Of a stretch of DNA of 32,000 bases, positions 21,676 to 32,000 are shown piece by piece (position 1 is the stretch's first letter; each line of letters opens with the position of its first letter). The position numbers and the translations under genes were made by a program. A model generated the notes under the pieces. That model saw only the letters and a list, made by a program, of their open reading frames with translations, ran no database searches and had not been told where the DNA came from. This DNA is from Nitrosococcus oceani ATCC 19707 (GTDB taxonomy: Bacteria; Pseudomonadota; Gammaproteobacteria; Nitrosococcales; Nitrosococcaceae): the NCBI RefSeq assembly GCF_000012805.1, contig NC_007484.1, positions 2,910,001 to 2,942,000 of the forward strand, read 5' to 3'.

Positions 21676-23007
21676 ATGGAAGCCAAGGAATTCGCACGCC
21701 GCCGCAAACACTTATTGCAAATGATGGGAGAAGGCAGCATAGCTATCCTTCCCACAGCAAGTATTTATCCCCGGAACCGAGATGTGATGTTTCCCTTTCG
21801 CGCCGATAGTGATTTCTACTATTTGACGGGCTTTCCCGAGCCCGAAGCAGTGGCGGTCTTCGCTCCTGGACGCAAGCACGGTGAATATCTCCTGTTCTGC
21901 CGGGAGCAAGATCCGGAGAAAGAGATTTGGGAAGGCCGTCGTGCTGGCACTCAAGGCGCCTGCAAGAATTATGGCGCTGACGATTCCTTTCCTATTACCG
22001 ATATCGACGATATCTTGCCTGGCCTCCTAGAGGACAAGGCCCGGGTCTACTACGCCATGGGTTACTATCCTGCCTTCGATCAACGGATGATAGGGTGGGT
22101 TAACCATATCCGGCGGGCATCCCGCGCTGGCAAACGACCGCCAGGGGAGTTTATTGCCCTTGATCATCTACTTCATGAAATGCGCCTGATTAAAAGCGCG
22201 CAAGAAATTAGAACCATGCGGGAGGCAGCCCGGATCTCTGCTAAAGCCCACATCCGGGCTATGGAAAACTGCCATCCTGGCATAATGGAATACCAAATAG
22301 AAGCGGAGTACCTTCACCATTTTTTTAGCCACGGCTGCCGCGCCCCCGCTTACCCTTCCATTGTGGGCAGCGGCGGCAATGCTTGTATTCTCCACTATAC
22401 AGATAATAATGCCCGCTTAAAAAAAGGCGATCTGCTTTTGGTCGATGCCGGCGCTGAGTATGACTATTATGCTGCGGATATTACCCGCACATTTCCAGTG
22501 AGCGGTCGCTTTTCCTCGGCCCAAAGAGCTATTTACGAACTCGTCCTAGAAGCGCAGCTTGCCGCTATTGCCGAGGTCCAACCAGGCAATCATTGGAATC
22601 AGCCCCATGAAGCAGCTGTCCGGGTGCTCACCGAGGGCCTAGCAGCTCTTGGCCTGCTCAAAGGGCGGGTGAGCACACTACTAAAAAAGGAGCATTATCG
22701 CCGCTTTTATATGCACCGCACGGGGCACTGGCTTGGCATGGACGTTCATGATGTAGGGGATTATAAAGTCGATGGCGAATGGCGGGCTTTTGAGCCTGGC
22801 ATGACGCTAACGGTAGAACCAGGAGTGTATATCCCCGCCGATAGTCAGGGAGTCGCTAAAAAATGGTGGAATATCGGGGTTAGGATTGAGGATGATGTGC
22901 TCGTTACCAAAGAGGGTTGCGAACTTCTGAGTGCAGATGTCCCTAAAACGGTAGACGAAATTGAAGCCTTGATGGCTTCCTCCCAGAGAGGAGCGTCCGC
23001 GTCATGA
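21676..23007 (+). CDS. pepP: Xaa-Pro aminopeptidase (aminopeptidase P)
   Basis: 443 aa. It has an N-terminal creatinase-like domain and M24 metal ligands in LLVDAGAEYDYYAADITRTFP, HRTGHWLGMDVHD, the VEPG block, and the IRIEDD block. Confidence 0.93.
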   Translation: MEAKEFARRRKHLLQMMGEGSIAILPTASIYPRNRDVMFPFRADSDFYYLTGFPEPEAVAVFAPGRKHGEYLLFCREQDPEKEIWEGRRAGTQGACKNYGADDSFPITDIDDILPGLLEDKARVYYAMGYYPAFDQRMIGWVNHIRRASRAGKRPPGEFIALDHLLHEMRLIKSAQEIRTMREAARISAKAHIRAMENCHPGIMEYQIEAEYLHHFFSHGCRAPAYPSIVGSGGNACILHYTDNNARLKKGDLLLVDAGAEYDYYAADITRTFPVSGRFSSAQRAIYELVLEAQLAAIAEVQPGNHWNQPHEAAVRVLTEGLAALGLLKGRVSTLLKKEHYRRFYMHRTGHWLGMDVHDVGDYKVDGEWRAFEPGMTLTVEPGVYIPADSQGVAKKWWNIGVRIEDDVLVTKEGCELLSADVPKTVDEIEALMASSQRGASAS

Positions 23008-24233
23008 CGGTGCCCCCCGACTATGACCTGCTTATCGCCGGTGGTGGTCTTATCGGCAGTGGCTTGGCCCTGGCCTTGGCGCGCCAACCCTTGCGTATTG
23101 GTATTATCGAAGCTGTCCCCCCAGCCACTCACGAGCAGCCTAGCTTCGACTCCCGGGCCATTGCCTTGGCCTTTGGCTCCCGGCAAATCTTTGAGGGTAT
23201 AGGCTGCTGGCCCGCTATTGCTCCTAAAACCACCCCCATCCGCCATATCCATATATCCGACCGGGGCCATTTTGGGGTGACGCGCCTAGAAGCCGCTCAG
23301 GCTTCCCTGCCCGCATTGGGTTACGTGGTAGAAGCACGAGCGCTTGGTCAAACCATCTACCAAGGGCTTAAAAATTTTTCCCAAGTTGAGCTTCTTTCTC
23401 CTGCCAGAGTCATCAATATCAACAGCGAGCCGGCTCAAATCCAAATACAAATCGTTTCCCAAGGCCGCATCCGTACCCTCTCCACCCGTTTGCTAATTGC
23501 TGCCGATGGGGGATCTTCCTTGGTACGGCAATTACTACAAATTCCAGTCCAGAGAAAAGACTATGGCCAAACAGCCATTATTGCCAATGTAGCAACCGAA
23601 CGTCCTCATGAATACACGGCTTTCGAGCGCTTTACCAATACTGGCCCTTTAGCGCTATTGCCTCTAGGTGAAAAACGATCCAATCTGGTTTGGACGGTGA
23701 AAAATACGCAGGTTCCCTACCTCGCTGCGGTAGACGATGAAACCTTTCTTGCCCATTTGCAGCAACGTTTTGGGCAACGCCTCGGCCATTTTACCCGGAT
23801 TGGGAAACGTCATATCTATCCTCTCCAATTACTCCGCTCGCAACAGCAACTCGCACACCGCGCTGTACTCATCGGTAATGCCGCCCATAACCTCCATCCC
23901 GTTGCTGGCCAAGGGTTTAATTTAGGACTCCGAGATATCGCCGCCTTGGCGCAAACGCTCGCCGATGCCCATAAAGCTGGCCATGACCTAGGGGCACCAG
24001 AAACCTTAACGGCTTATGCCCAATGGCGCCAGTGGGATCAACACCTAATCGCCAGATCGACCGATATTCTTGTGCGCCTGTTTTCCAACGATTACGCCGG
24101 ACTTAGCTTGGCGCGAGGCCTGGGTCTAACTGCCTTAGATTTACTTCCCCCCCTCAAGCGACGACTCATGCGGCAGGCCACGGGGCTAGCAGGACGGCAA
24201 CCACGATTATCCCGGGGATTAAGCCTGCTATGA
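23004..24233 (+). CDS. ubiH: FAD-dependent ubiquinone biosynthesis hydroxylase (2-octaprenyl-6-methoxyphenol hydroxylase type)
   Basis: 409 aa. It has the GGGLIGSGLALAL Rossmann motif, the ADGGSS motif, and the GNAAHNLHPVAGQGFNLGLRD fingerprint of the UbiH/UbiF/UbiI family. An ATGA overlap joins it to pepP. Its position matches E. coli ubiH. Confidence 0.85.
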   Translation: MTVPPDYDLLIAGGGLIGSGLALALARQPLRIGIIEAVPPATHEQPSFDSRAIALAFGSRQIFEGIGCWPAIAPKTTPIRHIHISDRGHFGVTRLEAAQASLPALGYVVEARALGQTIYQGLKNFSQVELLSPARVININSEPAQIQIQIVSQGRIRTLSTRLLIAADGGSSLVRQLLQIPVQRKDYGQTAIIANVATERPHEYTAFERFTNTGPLALLPLGEKRSNLVWTVKNTQVPYLAAVDDETFLAHLQQRFGQRLGHFTRIGKRHIYPLQLLRSQQQLAHRAVLIGNAAHNLHPVAGQGFNLGLRDIAALAQTLADAHKAGHDLGAPETLTAYAQWRQWDQHLIARSTDILVRLFSNDYAGLSLARGLGLTALDLLPPLKRRLMRQATGLAGRQPRLSRGLSLL

Positions 24234-25498
24234 CCTCATCTTTTCCTCCCTATGATGTTCTGATCGTCGGTGCTGGCCTAATAGGTTCCTGTTTAGCATT
24301 AGCGCTAGGGCAATCTCCCAAGCTCAGAATTGCCTTGGTAGAGTCAAATCCACCTGATCTCGGGGATGTCCTTCAGGGTACTTATGACCTTCGGGTTAGG
24401 GCTATTAGCCGCGCTTCCGAGAATATTTTTAAAAATCTGGATGCTTGGCAAGGAATGGCAGCACAACGCATCAGCCCCTTTCGGGAAATGCACGTGTGGG
24501 ATGGTACTGGGAGCGGGGAAATCCATTTTGACAGTGCCGAAATAGGAGAACCTCATTTAGGGCACATTATTGAGAATCAGGTAATCCAAAACGCTCTTCT
24601 AAAGCAATGCCAGAATTTAAATAATATTGATCTTTATACCCCTGTCCAAGCATGTGGAATCATCCAGCATGAGCAGAAAATTTATTTGCAGCTAGCGGAA
24701 GGCCAACGTTTAGGTGCGCGCGTGCTCATCGGCGCAGATGGCACTAATTCTCGGGTAAGGCAATGGGCGGGTATTAGCAACCGGGGTTGGGATTATCAGC
24801 AAAAAGGGTTAGTCGCCACGGTGCAGACGGAAAAACCACATCAGGAAACTGCGTGGCAATGCTTCCTTCCCCATGGGCCTCTCGCTTTTTTGCCGCTAGA
24901 TAACCCCTATTATTGCTCTATTGTCTGGAGCACGACGCCAGAAGAAGCTACTCGCTTACTAGCTTTGGAGGATCAGGAATTTACCACGGCGCTAGCTGCC
25001 GCTTTCGAGTACCGCCTAGGCGCGATTGAAGCGCTTGGCCCACGCGCCGCTTTCCCCCTGCGGCTACGGCATGCGGAGACCTATATTCAACCTCGCCTAG
25101 CCCTTGTTGGGGATGCCGCCCATACGATTCATCCCCTAGCTGGACAGGGCGCTAACTTAGGGTTACTAGATGCCGCCACCCTAGCAGAAGTACTGATTGC
25201 TGCCCAAAGGCGTAAAAAAGACCTAGGTAGTTTAGCTGTATTGCGGCGCTTTGAGCGGTGGCGGAAAGGGGATAATCTTGCCACCCAATTGGTTATGGAT
25301 GGATTTAAACGTCTTTTTGGTGATACTCAATTTCCAACGCGGCTAATTCGTAATTTTGGTCTCATCACCACTAATGCGGCAACCCCCATCAAGTGTCTGA
25401 TCATGCGCCGGGCCTCTGGCTTAACGGGTGATTTTCCCCTTCTCGCCAAACCAGGCGTTATAAAATCCTGGGGTATGGACACCAGCAACTACGTATGA
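24230..25498 (+). CDS. ubiI: FAD-dependent ubiquinone biosynthesis hydroxylase paralogue (UbiI/VisC or UbiF-like)
   Basis: 422 aa. It has GAGLIGSCLALAL, ADGTNS and the GDAAHTIHPLAGQGANLGLLD motifs. An ATGA overlap joins it to ubiH. The symbol is assigned by synteny with E. coli pepP-ubiH-visC. The actual hydroxylation regiospecificity cannot be read from sequence. Confidence 0.75.
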   Translation: MTSSFPPYDVLIVGAGLIGSCLALALGQSPKLRIALVESNPPDLGDVLQGTYDLRVRAISRASENIFKNLDAWQGMAAQRISPFREMHVWDGTGSGEIHFDSAEIGEPHLGHIIENQVIQNALLKQCQNLNNIDLYTPVQACGIIQHEQKIYLQLAEGQRLGARVLIGADGTNSRVRQWAGISNRGWDYQQKGLVATVQTEKPHQETAWQCFLPHGPLAFLPLDNPYYCSIVWSTTPEEATRLLALEDQEFTTALAAAFEYRLGAIEALGPRAAFPLRLRHAETYIQPRLALVGDAAHTIHPLAGQGANLGLLDAATLAEVLIAAQRRKKDLGSLAVLRRFERWRKGDNLATQLVMDGFKRLFGDTQFPTRLIRNFGLITTNAATPIKCLIMRRASGLTGDFPLLAKPGVIKSWGMDTSNYV

Positions 25499-26784
25499 TT
25501 TTTGCCACCTGAATATGTCTCCTTCTTCTGAAAAGACTTCTTTTTTTGGCGAGGGTGAGGCGCTCTCCTATGCGACTTTTTCTTGTCTTTATGAGACACA
25601 AATACCCGCTGTTCAGGCACTAGCAGTTCCTCTTCTTCTACTGAAAAAGGAACGACCTTATGACCAATATATTCCTCGATATCAGGCAGGGAAAAAGCGT
25701 AATCCTCGCAAGCAAAGCTCACTGCCAAACCGCTAGCTCCAGCCCGGGCAGTACGACCTATGCGATGTACGTAATCTTCTGGATCTTGGGGTAAATCATA
25801 ATTAAAGACATGGGTCACCGTAGAGATATGAAGACCTCGCGCTGCAACATCCGTGGCGACTAGAATAGGATAAATTCTATCTTGGAATGCCGCGAGTAAA
25901 CGTTGGCGTTTACCCTGGGGAACATCACTAGAAAGCAGAGCAGCTTTGAAACCATTACCTTCCAGGTAACCCCACACCTTTTCCGCAACATGTTTAGTAT
26001 TCGTAAATACAATCGCATGCCGAGGCACTAGGCGTTTGAAAAGGGCAAGCAGTAGGGAAATTTTTTCTTCGTTAGCGGGAAAATAAACCCTTTCCGTAAT
26101 TTTATCGACGGTTACCTTCTGTGGCTCGATCCGCAGCAGCTGAGGATTATTCATATATTCATAGGCCAATTCCATCACCCGTAAGGAAAGGGTGGCCGAA
26201 AATAGCATTCCAAGGCGTTTGTCGGGTGGGGGGAGACGGCGTAAAATATAGCGGATGTCCCGTATAAAGCCCAAATCGAACATCCGATCGGCCTCGTCTA
26301 AAACCACCACCTGAATTTTTTTAAAACCGATTATTCTCTGTTGGTAATAATCAATAAGCCGCCCTGGCGTACCAATCAGAATATCGCAACCCTGCTCCAG
26401 GAGGTGGCGTTGTTTCCGGTAATTAGCACCACCATGAACGGCAACACATTTCAAGTTGGTATACTGTCCAAGAAATTGAGCATCTTTGCTTACCTGAAGG
26501 GCTAGTTCACGAGTTGGAGCTACGATCAGCCCCCGAGGCTGTTGGCCTGCTCCGGCGCTAGGCTCTCTCAATAAACATTGCATTGTCGCTAGCAGAAAGG
26601 AAGCTGTTTTACCGGTACCTGTTTGAGCCTGCCCCGCCACATCCTCTCCGGCTAGCAGCAATGGCAAGGCCAATGCTTGGATCGGTGTGCAAATAGCAAA
26701 ACCCGCCTTTTGAATCCCTTGTATCAATGCCTCCGCCAAATTTAAGCTGTCAAATGAGATTTCAGAAAAATCGGGATTAGTCAT
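25489..26784 (-). CDS. rhlB: ATP-dependent DEAD-box RNA helicase RhlB
   Basis: It has the Q-motif GFAICTPIQ, motif I AQTGTGKT, the DEAD box (VLDEADRMFD), SAT, and HRIGRTARAG, plus a basic C-terminal tail. It is divergent from trxA, as in E. coli. I place the start at ATG 26784 (MTNPDFSEISFDSLNL..., which aligns with the E. coli RhlB N-terminus). The track start at 26835 is a TTG. Confidence 0.88.
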   Translation of the reverse strand: MTNPDFSEISFDSLNLAEALIQGIQKAGFAICTPIQALALPLLLAGEDVAGQAQTGTGKTASFLLATMQCLLREPSAGAGQQPRGLIVAPTRELALQVSKDAQFLGQYTNLKCVAVHGGANYRKQRHLLEQGCDILIGTPGRLIDYYQQRIIGFKKIQVVVLDEADRMFDLGFIRDIRYILRRLPPPDKRLGMLFSATLSLRVMELAYEYMNNPQLLRIEPQKVTVDKITERVYFPANEEKISLLLALFKRLVPRHAIVFTNTKHVAEKVWGYLEGNGFKAALLSSDVPQGKRQRLLAAFQDRIYPILVATDVAARGLHISTVTHVFNYDLPQDPEDYVHRIGRTARAGASGLAVSFACEDYAFSLPDIEEYIGHKVVPFSVEEEELLVPEQRVFVSHKDKKKSHRRAPHPRQKKKSFQKKETYSGGKNHT

Positions 26785-26835
26785 TGATTTTGAACACCAA
26801 GAAGCTTCTCCTTTAAGCTCACGACTTGAAAACAA

Positions 26836-27029
26836 GCGTAAATTACGCTGAAATCGTACTTATAACAATTACTTCATTATGGGTTATTATATCAATGTTC
26901 TTCAGTATATCGAAAACATCTATAATAAATAATGCTAAGGATAATTAAACTTTATATAAAAATCTTAAAGTAAAAATTATAATCTATAAAAACGTAGGCA
27001 ATTTAAACCAAATAATTGGAGCATCTATA
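26836..27029. promoter_or_regulatory. AT-rich divergent promoter region between rhlB and trxA
   Basis: It is 194 bp with about 23% G+C by hand count (45/194), against roughly 50% for the window. It holds many TATAAT/TATAAA-like hexamers. CATCTATAAT occurs at 26917-26926 and 27022-31. The palindrome GCGTAA-A-TTACGC lies at 26836-26848. GGAG lies 8 nt upstream of the trxA ATG. Individual promoters cannot be assigned by eye. Confidence 0.45.
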
Positions 27030-27362
27030 ATGACTGATCGCATCATACCGGTAACAGTAACCGACGCCACCTTCGAGGAAGAAGTGCTTAAATCGGAACA
27101 GCCCGCCCTGGTAGACTATTGGGCTGAATGGTGCGGACCGTGCAAAACGGTAGCACCTATCTTGGAAGAGATTGCGAATGACTACCAAGGCAAACTCAAA
27201 ATTTGCAAACTTAATATTGACGAGAATCCTTCAACCCCACCGCGTTACGGAATCCGCGGCATCCCAACCTTAATGTTGTTCAAAAACGGAAACGTAGAAG
27301 CGACGAAGGTTGGCGCCCTATCAAAATCGCAGCTCTCAGCTTTTATCGATAGCAACCTCTAA
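27030..27362 (+). CDS. trxA: Thioredoxin 1
   Basis: 110 aa. It has the [12 protein letters not shown] active site, the [14 protein letters not shown] cis-Pro loop, and typical TrxA length. Confidence 0.95.
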   Translation: MTDRIIPVTVTDATFEEEVLKSEQPALVDYWAEWCGPCKTVAPILEEIANDYQGKLKICKLNIDENPSTPPRYGIRGIPTLMLFKNGNVEATKVGALSKSQLSAFIDSNL

Positions 27363-27421
27363 CGTTGGCCCCTCAAAACACAATCATGTAAAAACCACGC
27401 AAATTTAAATGAGATGAAGCT

Positions 27422-27898
27422 ATGGAAATTAGACCCCTCGCCGTCGTGATCGCCTTCAGCATGTTCTTTGGAGGCTGTGCCGGTAATATAGGGAATACAG
27501 GAGGAAAAGAGACGATTGGCACGGCCCTTGGTGCCGCAGGCGGAGGTCTTTTAGGAGCGCAGTTTGGTTCAGGAAGTGGACAATTAGCGGCTACTGCCGC
27601 GGGCACCCTATTGGGTGCCCTGGTTGGTAGCAAGATTGGTCGCACCATGGATGAAGTTGACCGAATGAAAGCCCGTCAAGCTATGGAGCATGCCTCCTAC
27701 GCTCCCATTGGGGAAACGATTACCTGGAATAACCCACGTAGTGGGCACCGAGGTTCAGTCACACCGGTGCGGGATGGCGTTTCCTCCTCTGGCAATTATT
27801 GCCGAGAATTCCAGCAGACGGTTACTATTGATGGCAAGAGTGAACGGCTCTATGGAACAGCCTGCCAACAACCGGATGGAAGATGGAAATTGCTTTAA
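27422..27898 (+). CDS. Probable outer-membrane lipoprotein, glycine-zipper / 17 kDa surface-antigen family
   Basis: 158 aa. It has a signal peptide with a lipobox-like FFGGC, then the glycine zipper GTALGAAGGGLLGAQFGSGSGQLAATAAGTLLGALVGSKIG. The C-terminal region with two Cys (GNYCREF...GTACQQPDGRW) is typical of Rickettsia-type 17 kDa antigen homologues. Confidence 0.7.
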   Translation: MEIRPLAVVIAFSMFFGGCAGNIGNTGGKETIGTALGAAGGGLLGAQFGSGSGQLAATAAGTLLGALVGSKIGRTMDEVDRMKARQAMEHASYAPIGETITWNNPRSGHRGSVTPVRDGVSSSGNYCREFQQTVTIDGKSERLYGTACQQPDGRWKLL

Positions 27899-27975
27899 TA
27901 AAAGTTGAAGCCGCCAAAAATAACGCCTCCTTGAAGTAAAATAATTTAACCTACTTTGATAGTTAAGGAAAAATT

Positions 27976-30457
<2,482 letters not shown>

Positions 30458-30503
30458 TACTAGTTAACTAGAATTTATGGCGAGAGAGAAGAACGGGGCG
30501 GCG

Positions 30504-30527
30504 GCGGATGCCTCGCTTCGCATCCGC
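30504..30527 (-). terminator. GC-rich stem-loop in the hflC-hisZ spacer (possible attenuator or weak terminator)
   Basis: gcggatgc (30504-30511) and gcatccgc (30520-30527) form a perfect 8-bp stem with an 8-nt loop. It is flanked by an interrupted outer inverted repeat, gagagag..ggggcg (30482-30500) against cgcccctctctc (30543-30554). No clean U-tract follows on the minus strand (CGCCGCCCCGUUCUUCUCUCUC). Confidence 0.3.
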
Positions 30528-30552
30528 ACACGACTTAGAGCTCGCCCCTCTC

Positions 30553-31467
30553 TCATTCCGGTTCTGGTGTAGCAAGTCCGGAGTTAGATTCTGCTTCTTC
30601 AAGCCCTAGCTTAGGATTGAAAAAACGGAAAAATTCTCCCTTTGGTTCTAGCAATAACAGGCTCTCTTGAGAAAAAACCTTCTGATAAGCTGCTAGGCTA
30701 CGATAAAGAGCATAAAATTCTGGGTCTTGGTCGAAAGTTTCCGCATAAATATCAGTTGCTATAGCGTCCCCCGCACCTCGAATATTTTCAGCCTCTTTTT
30801 GGGCGTTGGCCAAAATAATAGTACGCTGTCGATCCGCCTCTGAGCGTATACGCTCAGCCGTCTCAGCACCTTGTGAACGTAGCTCCTTGGCGACCCGCTC
30901 CCGCTCAGCCTCCATACGGGCATAAACCGAACTACTCACATCTTTGGGCAAATCAACACGCTTGATGCGTACATCAGCAATAGTAATTCCAAAAGCTTCG
31001 GCTTCCTTGTTAGCTCGCCGTTGCATCTGTTCCATGATCAAGGAACGCTCGCCAGAAATTACTTCCTGCACCGTACGCCGCCCGAATTCACTGCGCAGAT
31101 CGGCCCGAATGATTTGAGAAAGCCGCAGGGCAGCGCGGCTCTCATCTCCGCCCATGGAGCGATAATACTGGGCTACATCCCCAATCCGCCACATCATAAA
31201 AGAGTCGACCAGAACGTTTTTCTTCTCAACGGTGAGATAGCGTTCAGTCTCTGCGTCGAGGGTAAGAATCCGGCCATCAAATTTACGTACTGAATTAAAA
31301 AATGGCACTTTAAAATGGAGACCAGGCTCGAAATCCGACCGCTCAATTTTACCCAACCACAGCAAGAGAGCCCGTTCCCGCTCACTGACAGTAAAAACAC
31401 TTTGTGACCCAATAACAAGCAAGAGCGCCAGGAGACCGGCTAAAATACTAAAGCTTTTACTCATCAT
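30553..31467 (-). CDS. hflC: Modulator of FtsH protease HflC (SPFH/band-7 domain)
   Basis: 304 aa. It has an N-terminal membrane anchor (ILAGLLALLLVIGSQSVF), an SPFH domain, and a coiled coil rich in ERERVAKELRSQGAE. An ATGA overlap joins it to the hflK stop. Confidence 0.9.
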   Translation of the reverse strand: MMSKSFSILAGLLALLLVIGSQSVFTVSERERALLLWLGKIERSDFEPGLHFKVPFFNSVRKFDGRILTLDAETERYLTVEKKNVLVDSFMMWRIGDVAQYYRSMGGDESRAALRLSQIIRADLRSEFGRRTVQEVISGERSLIMEQMQRRANKEAEAFGITIADVRIKRVDLPKDVSSSVYARMEAERERVAKELRSQGAETAERIRSEADRQRTIILANAQKEAENIRGAGDAIATDIYAETFDQDPEFYALYRSLAAYQKVFSQESLLLLEPKGEFFRFFNPKLGLEEAESNSGLATPEPE

Positions 31468-32000
31468 CGTCCCCTCCGACTCCGGCTATCATCATTGCTA
31501 TTCTGGCGTCTCTGCTCCTCACTGGCCGAGGTTTCACTGTTAAAAGAAGATAACCGATCAAGAGAAATAAGACGCTGCTCCTTAGGATTTCCCTCGTTTA
31601 CCATACGGTCCAGAGGAAGATAAAAGACATTAGTGCCCTCAGGTACGTCCACCAAAACTTTGCGGCTGCGCTCCATTACCGTTTCCATGGTTTCCAAATA
31701 AAGCCGTTTTTCAGTAATTTCCGGCGCATCTAGGTATTCTTTCAACACCTGCTCAAAGCGGGCTGTCTCACCTCCCGCAAGGGCAACAACTTCGCTTTTA
31801 TAAGCTTCCGCCTCCTGGACCTTACGGAAAGCGGCACCACGTGCTCTAGGGATAATATCATTGGCGTACGCCTCGGCCTCGTTTCTTAGTCGTTGCTGAT
31901 CTTCCCGCGCCTTAATGGCATCCGCAAAGGCCGCCTGCACTTGTTCTGGCGGTTGAGCATCTTGCATGTTGACACTGGTGATAATCAGCCCTGCATGGTA
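31464..32000 (-). CDS. hflK: Modulator of FtsH protease HflK, N-terminus lies beyond the window edge
   Basis: The frame is open through position 32000 (...YHAGLIITSVNMQDAQPPEQVQAAFADAIKAREDQQRLRNEAEAYANDIIPRARG...), the conserved HflK SPFH/coiled-coil region. The first M in the track is internal. Confidence 0.9.
   Translation of the reverse strand, partial: YHAGLIITSVNMQDAQPPEQVQAAFADAIKAREDQQRLRNEAEAYANDIIPRARGAAFRKVQEAEAYKSEVVALAGGETARFEQVLKEYLDAPEITEKRLYLETMETVMERSRKVLVDVPEGTNVFYLPLDRMVNEGNPKEQRLISLDRLSSFNSETSASEEQRRQNSNDDSRSRRGR

Noticed and set aside
22845-23270. 141-aa minus-strand ORF spanning the pepP/ubiH junction.
   Set aside because: It lies antisense to two well-supported, translationally coupled genes. 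It has a Gly/Ala/Thr-rich shadow composition and no independent signals.
26879-26932. 17-codon mini-ORF (MGYYINVLQYIENIYNK) in the AT-rich rhlB-trxA spacer.
   Set aside because: It has no Shine-Dalgarno sequence, and such short ORFs are expected by chance in any 200-bp spacer. There is no evidence of a leader-peptide logic such as codon runs or an overlapping hairpin.
27373-27648. 91-aa Pro/Ala-rich minus-strand ORF.
   Set aside because: It is the antisense reading of the glycine-zipper (GGN-rich) segment of the lipoprotein gene. Pro/Ala richness is the expected mirror image of Gly/Ala codons.

Overview
This window looks like an ordinary, densely packed core-genome segment of a roughly 50% GC gammaproteobacterium. 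Gene order and protein sequences look Chromatiales/Nitrosococcus-like, but that taxon guess is low confidence. I can support 31 protein genes (2 cut by the window edges), one tRNA and one ncRNA.

Gene order:
- Minus strand, 1-18196: nuoG(partial)-nuoF-nuoE-nuoD-nuoC-nuoB-nuoA, tRNA-Leu(GAG), secG, tpiA, glmM, folP, ftsH, rlmE, greA, carB, carA.
- Plus strand: hemB-aroE.
- Minus strand: 6S RNA (ssrS), zapA, and a small ZapB-like coiled-coil gene.
- Plus strand: ygfB-pepP-ubiH-ubiI.
- Minus strand: rhlB.
- Plus strand: trxA and a glycine-zipper lipoprotein.
- Minus strand: purA-hisZ-hflC-hflK(partial).

Every ORF of meaningful length is either a recognisable housekeeping gene or an alternative-frame or antisense shadow of one.

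I see no mobile elements, CRISPR arrays, integrases, defence or toxin genes, or orphan gene clusters. I therefore do not find support for a novel biological system here.

The ORF track misses three things:
- nuoG at 1-2119, which has no stop codon inside the window.
- tRNA-Leu.
- A 6S RNA downstream of zapA.

Several track ORFs are 5'-over-extended: secG, nuoB, nuoC, nuoD, ftsH, rhlB, hemB and carA. Several real starts are GTG or TTG.

The findings are modest. They cover the placement of 6S RNA overlapping the aroE 3' end, an intrinsic terminator wedged between ftsH and folP, an AT-rich palindrome abutting the ygfB start, a 23% GC divergent promoter region, and tight gene overlaps.
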